Part shown: piece after piece, positions 41,403 through 53,354 of the stretch
Layout of the letters: every line of letters begins with the position of its first letter
Numbering within the stretch: the stretch's first letter is position 1
Source: Eledone cirrhosa
Lineage: Eukaryota
Reading direction: 5' to 3'
Assembly: GCA_964016885.1 (NCBI GenBank)
Contig: OZ024743.1
Span: 332,692,001 to 332,756,000, forward strand
DNA length: 64,000 bases
Translations under genes and position numbers: made by a program
The notes under the pieces: generated by a model
What the model saw: the letters and a program-made list of their open reading frames with translations, nothing else
Databases searched by the model: none
What the model was told of the DNA's origin: nothing

Positions 41403-41585
41403 TTGTTTCTACTTTTGGCACAAGGCCAGCAATTAACCAGTGTATTACTGGTACTTTATTTTATCAACCCCATAAGGATGAAAGGCAAAGTTAACCTCGG
41501 CGGGATTTGAAGTCAGAATGGAAAGGGCCGTAACTCTATGCGTCAACGCATGGCGTCCGGCCTTCTACCAATACTGCCAATCCAC
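41403..41585 (-). mobile_element. Second SINE family copy
   Basis: GGATGAAAGGCAAAGTTAACCTCGGCGGGATTTGAA core; a close match in opposite orientation lies at 55382-55560, with further copies near 34660-34790 and 58134-58270. Confidence 0.7.
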
Positions 41586-41991
41586 CGTAAAAATAATGAT
41601 GATATGCTTGCACACAGAGAGAGATATGATAAAGTTATATCTGTGCATACAAATTTAGATGTTTATATTTATACACATTGGTGCAGTCTTGGTTACACAC
41701 TGTATCTATACTATACTAGCACACCTCTTACTATATGTGTGTGTGTGTGCATGTGCAAAAGTACAATGAAGAAATAATGCTTGTTTTGGACACTAGTCCT
41801 TCATCAGAAGATAGAATGGGAAATAACAAATGAAATAGAAAGATAGAGATTGAGAAGAGGAAGGAACACACACACACACACATACATCATCATCATCGAC
41901 CTATATATAAAAGTGCCATAAAATTTATCTATTTCCTGATAAAATGTAAAAACATGCAGAATATAGGTGATGGGTTTCATATAAAATTTGT

Positions 41992-42428
41992 TTAACCACT
42001 TTGTTAGCAAAACCACCTGAAACTGTTCCTGGTTCTATGATACAAAGCTGTTTATATTTATTCTAAAAACCTTACATCATAATTTCATGAAAGTACCATT
42101 GTTAAGTTATGCCCCCAATACCAGCTTAACTCTTAACATCCTGTAATGCTTTAACAGAAAATATCTAAAAGACTAATTTTTAATGTACTTTTGCATTGCT
42201 AACATGATGTAGTCATAGTGCTGTTTTGTACTTTTCCGTAATGCTTTGCAAATGTGATGTAGTCAATGCTTTGCTAATGTGGTTTCATGTGATACAGGAT
42301 GTTAAGAGTTAATAATGAAAAAGCTATTAGTTATAGTACTAAATCTGTCCAAATTCTTTATCATTTTCAAACTTTGAAAATTACAGATAGTAGTGTCTTT
42401 CACTGGAATATGGTAATGAAAGGGTTAA
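41992..42428. mobile_element. TTAA-flanked MITE containing a nested 187-bp MITE (42126-42312)
   Basis: Outer ends are TTAACCACTTTGTTA… and …GTAATGAAAGGGTTAA. The inner element has perfect 20-bp inverted ends TTAACTCTTAACATCCTGTA / TACAGGATGTTAAGAGTTAA. Confidence 0.7.
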
Positions 42429-42548
42429 ACGAAACAGCAGACATGATTAAATAGTCAAGAATGGGAATATAATCAAGGCACCACTTATGACACGTGAACA
42501 TCATGCAGGTAATTAGTACATCCCACCCGCTCCTTAAATTATCATCAT

Positions 42549-42633
42549 TTATAATACAATATTTCGGCGAGCATTCAGTAAATTCTCTCTTCTGGTAGTC
42601 CGGCCTTTTGCAATATCTTGTCGGCGATGTTTT
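42549..42633 (-). CDS. NUSAP1: NUSAP1 orthologue, coding exon 9 (last)
   Basis: Acceptor TTTTTATTTCAG, phase 2. Encodes (R)KHRRQDIAKGRTTRRENLLNARRNIVL*, a basic C-terminal helix similar to the vertebrate …VLGMRRGLIL end. Confidence 0.85.
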
Positions 42634-42882
42634 CTGAAATAAAAACAACAATTAACAATGACAACATTTTCCAGAGATCTAGGCCACCCAGCACACACAA
42701 GTCAGCCAGAGAACACCTTCTCTATTTAACCCTTTCATGACCACATTTCTAATTAAATACTCTCTATTCTAATTAATTAATAAAAAATTTCGAGGGATTT
42801 ACTAAAATTATTAATTATTTTATTAAGATAGTAAATTAATGTAAGGTATATGATAAATAAAGAATAATGATTTATAAATCAC

Positions 42883-43069
42883 CTGTTTTCATCTATCGAT
42901 GTTTGGAGTCCTTTCTTAAAATATTGTGGCTCAACATCACCAACTGCCACAGGTCGTAATGAACCTTTGTGTGTCTTCCAAGAAACTGGTTTGGAAAGAC
43001 TGGCTTGCAAGTCAAACTTCCTTTTGTTTGACTGTATACTCTTGTTGGCAGTAAAATTGAAAGGTGAAA
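42883..43069 (-). CDS. NUSAP1: NUSAP1 orthologue, coding exon 8
   Basis: Phase 1 to 2, AG/GT boundaries. Contains KFDLQASLSKPVSWKTHKGSLRP, matching the NuSAP motif [22 protein letters not shown]. Confidence 0.92.
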
Positions 43070-43686
43070 CTGGAAGAAGAAAAATAAAATGTCAAACTTA
43101 GTATGACAAAATTTTCATGCAGTCAAGTGAAAAGAGAAACTAAAACAGTTATCGACACCTACTATGTAGCTTTAGCTAGCCTCCCATGAGGTTCCATCTT
43201 ATAGCCCAGTTGTCTTCTACCATAGCCATAGTATATACTATCTGGTCTCCAATAATCATCCCCTGCTTATTAATTTCTCAGATTATTACACCCCCCTCCC
43301 CCTACTAAATTTTAGTAACATATCTCCGGCGAAATTTTAAGTGGTAGCATTCCTGAGACAATTTTCTTTTTACTTTAAAAAATTCTACATGACAAAAGAA
43401 GTACATTACTAGAAATCCCATACGTTGTAAAATAAATAGGATGGGTTGGGGTCTCAATATGTAAACTAAATGACTAATTATGATTAAAAAAAAAAAAAAA
43501 AAAAAAATCCATGGCAACAACCATGAAAATTTACCAATTTTCCAACCTCCCCGCTATTATTTGGGACCCGAGAATATGTGTCTCCTGTCGGTTGGTTGGT
43601 TTTGCTTGTAAAATATGTCCAGCAATTCTTTCCCCGAGACATTCTAATCATACGCCTGTAGTATCGGAACTCTGATCTCTCAATTA

Positions 43687-43930
43687 TTAACCCTTTAGCA
43701 TTTAAACCGGTTGTACCCAGCCAGAATTCTCTCACCTCTTCCTGTTTAAACCGGTTGTACCCAGCCAGAATTCTCTCACCTCTTTCTCTTCAAACCAGCT
43801 GTAACTGGCTGTTCATGCTTATGTTAAGGTATTCTTTTCAAAATTTCATAGATTCAATATTATACGAGATAAAGTTTAAAAATAAAAATACAATAGTAAA
43901 GATAGAGTAATGCAAATGTTAAAGGGTTAA
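43687..43930 (+). mobile_element. piggyBac-type MITE with an internal ~44-bp duplication
   Basis: TTAACCCTTTAGCATTTA … AAATGTTAAAGGGTTAA ends; TTTAAACCGGTTGTACCCAGCCAGAATTCTCTCACCTCTT occurs twice. Confidence 0.85.
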
Positions 43931-44207
43931 TGAATGAGGCATTTATTAAATTCCTCCAAACATTTGATTACTTTCAAACTGTAAATGTGGTTGGTGTAAA
44001 ATCCCCGGTCAAATTTATAGTGCCATAGGAACAAGGTACGGTGTGGCCAATTCTGGCCAGATTTGACTCCCGACATGGACAACCCATCCAACCCATGCAA
44101 GCAAGAAAAAATGGACGCTAAATGGTGATGATGATGATGATAATGACAAAGGCAGTGTATATTAGAAATACAGAACTAAAAGATTAAAAAAAGAAAAATA
44201 TGCTTAC

Positions 44208-44427
44208 AAGCTTTTTTATCATTCATATTTGGTGACATGAAAGGAGCTCTACAATCAGTATTATTAGAACTTGGCACTTTCTTAGTACTAGATGCCTTGG
44301 TAGATGTTTCCTTCACCTTTTGTGCAGATTTTGGTGGCTTGGAAGCCGAGTTTGTGAACTTGAAGCATACGTTTTTCACCGATGTCACTTTCGGACTGAA
44401 AGTAGTCTGTGACGAAAGTTTTGGGAT
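44208..44427 (-). CDS. NUSAP1: NUSAP1 orthologue, coding exon 7
   Basis: Acceptor TTTTATCTTACAG, donor GTAAGC, phase 0 to 1. Encodes IPKLSSQTTFSPKVTSVKNVCFKF…PFMSPNMNDKKA. Confidence 0.85.
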
Positions 44428-44492
44428 CTGTAAGATAAAAGAATTGCAAGACAATGAAAATAGATGTTATATAAGAACTGTTAACCGATTCC

Positions 44493-44707
44493 TTAACCCT
44501 TTAGCATTTACATTACTCTATATATACTATTGTATTTTCGCAGTAAAGGCTTTATCTTACATAATATTAATCTACTAGATTTTGGTATTATTTATTTTGA
44601 GAACAATACCTTAACCTAAGTATGAGTGATTAGTTACAGCCAGTTTGAACAGAAAGAGGTGAGGGAATTCTGGCCGGTTATGGCCAGTTGAAATGCTAAA
44701 GGGTTAA
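44493..44707 (-). mobile_element. piggyBac-type MITE
   Basis: TTAACCCTTTAGCATTTA … AAATGCTAAAGGGTTAA ends; opposite orientation to the 43687 copy. Confidence 0.85.
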
Positions 44708-45074
44708 AGTCCAGTTTTATCTCTTCTAATTCATGTTATATAAGAACTTAAAAAATTCCTTAAACTCCAGTTTTATCTATTTTAGTTCAATCTGTATTGA
44801 AGTAAAATAAGGCTGTGAGACTATATTGTTGGAAGATGAACTGCATGGCCAAGTGTTCAAATCCCAGGAGAAATTTTCTGTCTCTCTAATTCTTAACATC
44901 CAGTAATCATTTAGTAGAAAATATCGTTAATTCAAATGTTTTCCATGTTTGCATCGGTTAAATGGATTTTCACACTGAGGTTGGTCAAGTGACCTCATCT
45001 TGTCCATACATTCCAATTTTGGCATCGTTTCAATGGTTGGATGATCGTCCCAATGCCAACCATTTTACAGCATG

Positions 45075-45530
45075 TACTGGGAACATTTTTATCATGACAC
45101 CAGCACTACCACTTTACAGAGTAGACTGGGTATATTTTATCATGACACTACCACTTTACAGAATAGACAGGGTGTATTTTATCATGTTACCAACACTACT
45201 ATTTTACAGGGTGGACTGGGTGTAATTTATCATAACCCCAGCACTACCACATTACAGAGTAAACTGGGTATATTTTATCATGACACCAACACTACCACAT
45301 TACAGAGTAGACTGGGTATATTTTATCATGACACCAACACTACCACATTACAGAGTAGACTGGGTATATTTTATCATGACACCAACACTACCACATTACA
45401 GAGTAGACTGGGTATATTTTATCATGACACCAACACTACCACATTACAGAGTAGACTGGGTATATTTTATCATGACACCAACACTACCACATTAGAGTAG
45501 ACTGGGTATATTTTACCATGAAACCAGCAC
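45075..45530. repeat. 48-bp minisatellite (~9 units) expanded from a SINE/LINE 3' internal unit
   Basis: ATCATGACACCAACACTACCACATTACAGAGTAGACTGGGTATATTTT repeated, perfect over ~45280-45490. Confidence 0.9.
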
Positions 45531-46065
45531 TACCACTTCTGTGTACCAGGTGCTTTATTGCTGTGGCACAAGTACTGCCATCTTACAAGGTGGACTGGGT
45601 GCTTTTCTTTATGGTAACAGCAATACCACTCTACATGGTAGACTGGGTACATTATATCATTACAACTGTAGGGCACTCATGTTATTGGCCAGGAGGGGAA
45701 GACAGTGATAGAAGAGGCCAGGCTGAAAGTGAGAAGGGGGTCACCTCACCGTGGCAGAGCCAGTGTTGGGTCATATAAATGGCCTTGAAGAGAGTGAGTT
45801 AGATCTGGCAGTATATTGTGTCTGGCTTTCCATGTTGGCATAGGTTGCAAAGAGGAATGTGGTAGTGGATATGGGAGAGGAGTAGGGGGTAGAATATCTT
45901 TCTTCCATGTTGTCATGGGTTGGTCAAAGGAAGGGGTTGGTGTGAATGATGCTACACAAAATAAATATTTCATGAAAGTTATTTGGTTCTTTATGTAGAG
46001 GAGAATTGAATATATGACAAAGGGGACATCAGTTAAAAAGGAACTAAAGAGAAAATATATATCAC

Positions 46066-46250
46066 CTTTGACTGTGGTAACGTGCGGCATTTTTTGTCAG
46101 ACACATTTTTATTTCTTTTTGACAGCCGTTTAGCTAAAGGTACAGGTGTGGTCAACTTTTGAAAGCGCTGGGTTTTCTTCTCCAAATACACATCAATGGA
46201 GTCAAAATTCTGAAACATTTTCTCGTGTATTTTTCCCCATTTTTTACATG
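46066..46250 (-). CDS. NUSAP1: NUSAP1 orthologue, coding exon 6
   Basis: Phase 1 to 0. KWGKIHEKMFQNFDSIDVYLEKK matches the NuSAP motif FKKLHEAHFKEMESIDQYIERK. Confidence 0.92.
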
Positions 46251-46621
46251 CTAGAAGATTAAAAAAAAGAGTTTTTGTTTACAACAAATATGAATATAGC
46301 TGTTAGAACAGTTCTAAATATATATAGTACTGCCTTACTGTAGCTACAGCTGTTAGAATAGTTCTCTCTCTCTATATATATATATATATGAGCGAGACAC
46401 GATCACCCGACCAGCCTTGCCTCAAGTGGGACAACTCCCATCTAACCCATGCTAGCGTGGAAAATGGACGTTAAACAAAGATGATGATGATGATGATATA
46501 TACACATCAGTATTATTGCTACTTTTTATGATTATATATACATATACACATCTGTAGTATTGCTACTTTCTACCATCATGTATATACATCAGTATTATTG
46601 CTACTTTTTATCATTATATAT

Positions 46622-46940
46622 GGAGGCACATGGCTTAGTGGTTAGAGCATTGGCCTTGCAATCGAAAGGTTGTGAGTTCAATTCTCAGACCGGGTGATGT
46701 GTTGTTTGTGTTGTTTCCTTGAGCAAGACACTTTATTTCACTTTGCTCCAGTTTACTCAACTGTAGAAATGAGTTGATAGGGAGTGGGGTCCCTATCATT
46801 CCACTGCAAAGTGGTCGTGGAGGTGCCACGGCACTCACTGTAAATGAGGTTGGTGTTAGGAAGGGCATCCAGCTGTAGAAATCAAGCCAGAATCAGTTCC
46901 CGTCCCACCCTTGCAAGCAGGGAAAAGTGGACGTAAAATG
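46622..46940 (+). mobile_element. tRNA-headed SINE with (GAT)n tail
   Basis: GGAGGCACATGGCTTAGTGGTTAGAGC…GTGAGTTCAATTC head, shared central domain, and AAAGTGGACGTAAAATGAAATGATGATGAT tail. Confidence 0.8.
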
Positions 46941-47809
46941 AAATGATGATGATGATGATAGTACTGTCTCAACCCTTGCAAGCAGGGAAAAGCGGACATA
47001 AAATGATGATGATGATGTCTCACTGTAGCTATAGCTGTTAGAACAGTTCTATATATATATATAGTACTGCCTTACTGTAGGTACAGCTGTTAGAACAGTT
47101 CTATATACTGTAGTGTCTCACTGTAGCTACAAGTCCTAGAGTAGTTCTATGGAATAAGAAAACATTTATTAAGACAAATACATCTTTACAAATACTGGGC
47201 CTCAAACTCACAGAACATTCCTGATCATTCAAATGTACATCATAACCTAAAGTCTAACTTAACATTTCAGGAGAGGGTGATAGTCTAGTTATATTTACCC
47301 TAACATAAATGTAAGCAGAGTGACTCTGAACCAACATGACCCATAAACTTAAACAAATATTGTCCAGACTCTCAGGTCCTAAATAGTAGGTGGGGTTCGA
47401 ATAAGTGGGGATATTAGAAAACTGTGGTGTGGTGGTCAATCTAACAATGTAGTTTTGTGAAGTGTCTACTGTGACTAATGATATCAATGCGGTGTGGTGG
47501 TCAAAGACATTCTATTGTTATTGCTGTATTTCACTGTGGAAAGACATAACTACACTTGAGTCTCAAATAATAGAGGGAGGGAGAGGGGGGCTAGAATAAC
47601 ACACATTTGATGACTTTTAAATTACTGGTTATTTAACTAAAACTGTACATTTATGGGATACTAATATAATACTAACATATTCTCAAACCTTCGAGTCCCA
47701 AATAATAAACGGGGGGGGGGGGGGGATCAGTAATTTTTCTAGGTCGTCTGTTGATTTCTTTTAAAAACTAGAATTAGTTGTTTAGTTTACATATTGAGAC
47801 CCCAACCCA

Positions 47810-48278
47810 TCATCATCATCATTTTACGTCAGCTTTTCCCTGCTTGCAAGGGTGGGACGGGTCTTATTCAGCACAGCATCTCTTCACTCGTCACGGTCCT
47901 TCGTCATCTACACCGTGAGCTTCAGCAATCTGAGGTCTGTTCTCACCACCTCCGCCCATGTTTTTCACGGTCTACCTCTACTACATCTTCCTTCAACTGG
48001 CATTTCCTGGCACTTCTTCACCCATCGGTCATCCTCCATGCGCATCACATGTCCATACCACCGCAGTCTCCTCTCTCGCACACTACATTCTATCCCTCTC
48101 AGACACAGTTTCTCTCAACACATCCATGCTGGGTCATTCACGCACATTGACTCTGCACATCCAACGGAGCATGCTTGCCTCATTTCTCTCCAGCTGTCGC
48201 ATATCCTCTGCAGTTGCTGCCCAAGTCTCTCTACCATGCAGCATCACGCTCCTCACACAGGCATCATATAACCGGCCT
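47810..48278 (-). mobile_element. RTE LINE 3' fragment
   Basis: The minus strand encodes GRLYDACVRSVMLHG…LERNEASMLRWMC…RLRWYGHVMRMEDDRWVKKC…GRP with stops; (CAT)n tail at 47810. Confidence 0.85.
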
Positions 48279-48805
48279 TAATGTTGCCACTCTCACAGGT
48301 AGATCCATCCTATTTATTTTATAACCTATTGGATTTCTTGTAATGTTTTTTTTTGTCATGTAAAATGGTTTTTTAATGTATAAAGAAAATTAATAGTCGC
48401 AGGACTGCTACCACTTGAAATAAAATCCTACCGGAGGTAGATTAGCAAAATTTAATAAGCAGGGGTGGGGTTGGACTGATTATTCGAGACCTGAGAGTAG
48501 GCCTAAACCCAACTTGGAACCACCAGGTACATACCACACTAGATATAAGGTAAAACTAAACCCTGCCTTCAGAACTAGACCCAAAACACTCCAAACACAT
48601 CAAGCAAGACCTACACTAATTACTGGTATGTGTGCGTGGGAGTGTGACATGTCATCAGGCTGCAAGTGTCATATTACAAGGTATTTAGATCCCTTCCCCC
48701 TGGTATGGTGGTGGGATGACAGATGTCACCAGGCTGCAGGTGACATATATTACACAATATCAAGACTCCTCCCTCCCAGCTCCTCTTACTAAATAAATAA
48801 CTTAC

Positions 48806-48910
48806 CTCCTTTAATTAACTTTGCAGAATTAGATTTTTTTGATGATGATTCTGGTCCATTGACAAGCTTATCAAATTCCTTGGATGTACTCAGAGGTATA
48901 CCACTTGTCG
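48806..48910 (-). CDS. NUSAP1: NUSAP1 orthologue, coding exon 5
   Basis: Acceptor TTTTCTTCTGTTACAG, donor GTAAGT, 105 nt, phase 1 to 1. Encodes PTSGIPLSTSKEFDKLVNGPESSSKKSNSAKLIKG. Confidence 0.75.
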
Positions 48911-50341
48911 CTGTAACAGAAGAAAATCACAGGTAAAAATTATAACAAAATTCCTTCCTACACTTTCATCATCATCATCATTTATCCCGGCTGGTATAGG
49001 TTGAATAGATTATACGAGACCAAGTGAGTATTTAATCAGAGCTATCAACCATCTCATGTAGATTATCACAGACCAGTGTAAAGTTTGTCTCAAGTCCAGA
49101 GGATCAACAAGCCGGTGCTTATCCTGGTTTCCGTGGCATTAAGCAATTGGGAGTACAAGACTTCCCCACCCCTCGGACAGGACGCCAGTCCATCACAGAG
49201 TTAAACCCCCCCAGTTATTGATGCTGGTACTCGTTTTCAGCTGAGTATAGTAGAGCAATGTGAAATGAAGTGTTTTGCTCAAGAACCCAACACACAACCC
49301 AGTCCTGGAATCGAACCCATGGCATTATGACCCTAAGTCCAACACACTTACCACTAAGCCACGTGCTTCCACCTATCACAGATCAGGTCAATACTTAATC
49401 AGAGCTATCAAACATCTCACGTAAATTATAACACCTTCAGAGTTTAAAAATGAAAAATCAAATTTACAGCTCTTATGTAGATTTAGATGGCCTCCTTGAC
49501 TGACGACCCCCCCCCTCTACCCTTTATTATCTCAGATTGTTCGTCAACCACTTTATATTGGAGTATTTAATGCATTCCATCGTACACCAACACTAAAGAG
49601 GCCATCCTATCCACCCCAAGCTAAAAAAACACCTCTCCAAGATCTCACATTTACTTTTAGCATCATGTTGCTTCTACTGGTGTGCAGGTGTTTTCGAGCA
49701 TGACGAGTCACCTGTTGTGATTTGTATCTGGTTTTGATATCAGAACAGTAAAGCCAATGCAAGCGGAGAAGAATGAAATTAAATACTATAACAAGTAACC
49801 TCAGTGCTCAGTCTTTACAGATTTTTCTTTGACTAGGTCTTTCTGTATCGGCATGGATTGGTCAGGTCATTATGGACCTATTTGGACTTACTGCCCTCCA
49901 AAACAAGTTTAGGACCATGTCACGCTTGTATGTTCCAAATTTTGGTGTTGTTTCTCTAGCTGGAAGCACCTTCTAACACCAACCTCTTTACAGAGTGTAC
50001 TGGGAGTACTTCTTCATCATGTGACAAACACTAGAAAAGTTGTCATATGCCCAATAAGACTAAAGAAGGATGTTTACCCAATGTTGTCTCCATTTGATCC
50101 TCAAACACTTTCTGAGGTATACTGAGTGTATTTTATTGTGACACCAACCCTGGAGAGGACCTCCCCACAGCATATAGGTTTCTTAAAGAAAACAGGGCTT
50201 AGAAAGTGATAAAGTGTTGAAAATATATAATTTTTAATAAGGAGGAGAGGAACAAAGCAACAATTAGAAGAAGAAATAAAAACCAAATAAATACAACACA
50301 AAACCTCACATATCTACTGCAAAGTAGAGAAAATTACTTAC

Positions 50342-50585
50342 GTTTCTTGTTTTTAACTTTTTCACTGAGTGCAGCCATTAATGCCTCCTTCCTTTCTTCA
50401 TCTGTCATCTCAGGTTTCATCACATCTATCAGTTCATGTACACTGTCATTCTTCTCTACAGTCAAGTCAGCATTATTCTCAGTTGTTTCATCTTCAGGCT
50501 CAGGAACATCGGGCAACACTTCATAGGTAGTATTCAATACACTGCCATTGTTCTCTTCATTCTCACCCTTATTTTCAACAGCTTC
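50342..50585 (-). CDS. NUSAP1: NUSAP1 orthologue, coding exon 4
   Basis: Acceptor TTTATATTGTCAG, donor GTAAGT, phase 0 to 1. Acidic segment EAVENKGENEENNGSVLNTTYEV…ERKEALMAALSEKVKNKK. Confidence 0.85.
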
Positions 50586-50999
50586 CTGACAATATAAACA
50601 ATAAATACCTTTAAGTTATCTGGGATCATGTGGCAATGTAGATGTCACAACAAAAAGCCCCCAGCCCACACTGTAAAGTGGTCATGTAGGTGACACAAAA
50701 AGTGCCCAGTCTACACTGTAAATGTGGTTGGCCTTAGGAAGGGCATCCAGCCGTAGAAACCAAGCCCAAACCAGTCTTGTATGAGTAAGTCATGGTCATC
50801 AGACATGGCTTGTCTCACAACGGGGCAACTCATCTAACCCATGCTAGCGTGGAAAATGGATGTTAAAGGGTGATGATGATGATGAATAAATTCTGTCTAT
50901 GTGTATTAACTGTGTTATCAGATTTCTAATAAAAGACACTACCTATGATTTTCAACTTTGGAATTTAGTAATATAACTTTCTTGTTATTAACTCAACAC

Positions 51000-51110
51000 C
51001 CTGTGCCACATGAAACCACATTAGCAATATCCTGTGCCACATGAAACCACATTAGCAATATCCTGTGCCACATGAAGCCACATTAGCAATATCCTGTACC
51101 TCATGAAACC
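51000..51110. repeat. 31-bp minisatellite x3.5 derived from a MITE end
   Basis: CCTGTGCCACATGAAACCACATTAGCAATAT repeats; matches the subterminal sequence of the 42126-42312 MITE. Confidence 0.8.
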
Positions 51111-51616
51111 AATGTTAAGGTATTGTTCTCAAAATAAATAACATCAAAATCTCATAAATTCGATATTATGTGAGATAAATATAGAGTAATGTAAATGGTG
51201 AAGGGTTAAGCCGAATCAAGCTGGCTTCACTCTCTTTACTCTCTACAAGTCATTAACAACAGTTAATGCCCTTGCCAAACTAGCAATGACCAGTCATTAA
51301 AGCACTGCTATAGTAAATCTGTTCTAAACAAAGCAATATCTTATCTCAAACATCTCCACATTCACACATTCCCTCACAAATTCAAGATGTCAAAACAAAA
51401 TACTTTTATCAGTCAACAACCTATTAACAAAATAATCTCTGTTATATCTTGTTTGTATTCTGGTTGTGTTATATTTTGTATAAGGGCCGAAACACTGGCT
51501 TGAGGGGGTTTCTTCTCTGAGATCTTCTGCTGTCCAGCTCTGCCGAGAGTTTCTTACCACCACATGGTGTCATCACACACCATGAAACCAATATAAACAT
51601 CAGCAGTTTGTTTTAC

Positions 51617-51656
51617 CTTGTTGATCTGTCTCAATTTATTACTGGTCCTGATCATT
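51617..51656 (-). CDS. NUSAP1: NUSAP1 orthologue, putative 40-nt coding exon 3
   Basis: TGTTGTTTTAG|AATGATC…CAACAAG|GTAAAA. Read phase 2 to 0 it gives (T)MIRTSNKLRQINK and bridges the 52528 donor to exon 4. Confidence 0.6.
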
Positions 51657-52527
51657 CTAAAACAACACACTAAAAAACATTGAACATTGAATCATCATCA
51701 TCATCATTTTTATGTTCGTTTTTCCATGCTTGCATGGGTTGGACAGGTCCTCCTCAGCACAGCATCTATCTATTCCCTATGTTTCTTAGTCATTTCCTCT
51801 GTGAGTCTCAGCAATTTGAAGTCAGCTCTCACCACCTCTGTTCAGGTCTTTCTTGGTCTACCTCTACTGTGACTTCCTTCCACTGGCATTTCCTCACCAA
51901 TTTAACTAACACTTCAACCACAATGACCAACAACACAACCGCTTTTACATTCTCTATAATAATGGTTTCTTATACATTCTCTATAATAATGCACTGTTTT
52001 ATCTTGTTCATGAACTAATTCCTCCCCCATAAGACATGGATCGACCTGAGGCTATGGTTAATAACACAACTGTCTGAGATGTCACATGGTGGGATTGAAC
52101 CCAGGACCTAATGATGATTGCGAAGTGAACTTCTTAACCTGTGAGTGAGTGATGTCTGGCATATTGTGGAGCATGAGTTGGGGAGAGGGAGGTGGTTCAG
52201 GGATGTGAGTGTAAGGGGTGGCATAGCAAGGATTAGGTGGAGGGGTGGCAGGGATGTGACCATAAGGAGTGGCATAGCAGAGGTTGGATGGTGAGGAAAG
52301 GAAAGAATGGATTGAGGGAGGATGTGTGTAGGGGGGGGGGGGGTCATACCATGGATTGGTAGAGGAAGATGGATGTGTATAAGGGGGATTGTAGCAGGGG
52401 TTGGATGGAAGGGGATAGATCGAGGATATGTGTGTGTAAGGGAGAGCACAGCATAGGTTGGATGGGAGGGAGTTGAGCACATTGTGGAAGGAGTTCCACC
52501 TCAATAAACACACACATCCACACATAC

Positions 52528-52856
52528 GTTCGTTGAGGGATTACCTCTAAATCTTCAAAACCGACTGTCTGATTATGCTCAGTGTTTAATTTGTCAAGTT
52601 CTTCCTGTGCATCTTTCAGTTGTACAGATATGTTGTGTTTCATGAGGTCTTCCATAGAGTCATCAATGTTGGAGGTCGTTCGTTGAGGATTCGGGACAAA
52701 TATGATCTCATCATCTGTAGAAATATTTGCTGTTTCCATTGTGGAAATACCAGTGATAACTGGTGGGGATGGACTTTTAGGCTTCAACAACTTTGTTTGT
52801 TTTGGACTGGAACCATCACCTTGGATTTTCCTGATATCCCGAATCAGTTTGTCAGC
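52528..52856 (-). CDS. NUSAP1: NUSAP1 orthologue, coding exon 2
   Basis: Acceptor CTTTTCTTCTTCAG, phase 0. Starts ADKLIRDIRK (vertebrate ATKLLKAL). Donor is AC|GTATGT after 52528, with an alternative GAG|GTAATC after 52545. Confidence 0.85.
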
Positions 52857-52928
52857 CTGAAGAAGAAAAGATACAAAAGGACAACATCCATAAGCCATTA
52901 TTGTGGTGGATTGGCAGTATTCAAAGAG

Positions 52929-53354
52929 TTAACCCTTTCATTACCATATTTCTAATGAAAGACACTGCCTATGTCATTAACCATTTCATTACCATATTTC
53001 TAATGAAACATACTGCATGTCATTAACCCTTTTGTTAATATATTTCTAATGAAAGACACTGCCTATGTCATTAACCATTTCATTACCATATTTCTAATGA
53101 AACATACTGCATGTCATTAACCCTTTTGTTAATATATTTCTAATGAAAGACACTGCCTATGTCATTAACCATTTCATTACCATATTTCTAATGAAACATA
53201 CTGCATGTTATTAACCCTTTAATTACCATATTTCTAATGAAAGACACTGCCTATGTCATTAACCCTTTTGTTAATATATTTCTAATGAAAGATACTGCCT
53301 ATGTCATTAACCCTTTCTTTACCATATTTCTAATGAAAGACACTGCCTGTGTCA
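52929..53354. repeat. 46/48-bp tandem array (~9 units) made of a TTAACCC MITE terminus
   Basis: TTAACCCTTTCATTACCATATTTCTAATGAAAGACACTGCCTATGTCA; same as the reverse complement of the MITE end at ~42390-42428. Confidence 0.85.

Noticed and set aside
45072-45500. 16-aa repeat ORFs
   Set aside because: Translation of a 48-bp intronic minisatellite.
52082-52525. Pro-rich ORFs
   Set aside because: Low-complexity G-rich degenerate repeat immediately after the exon-2 donor; intronic.
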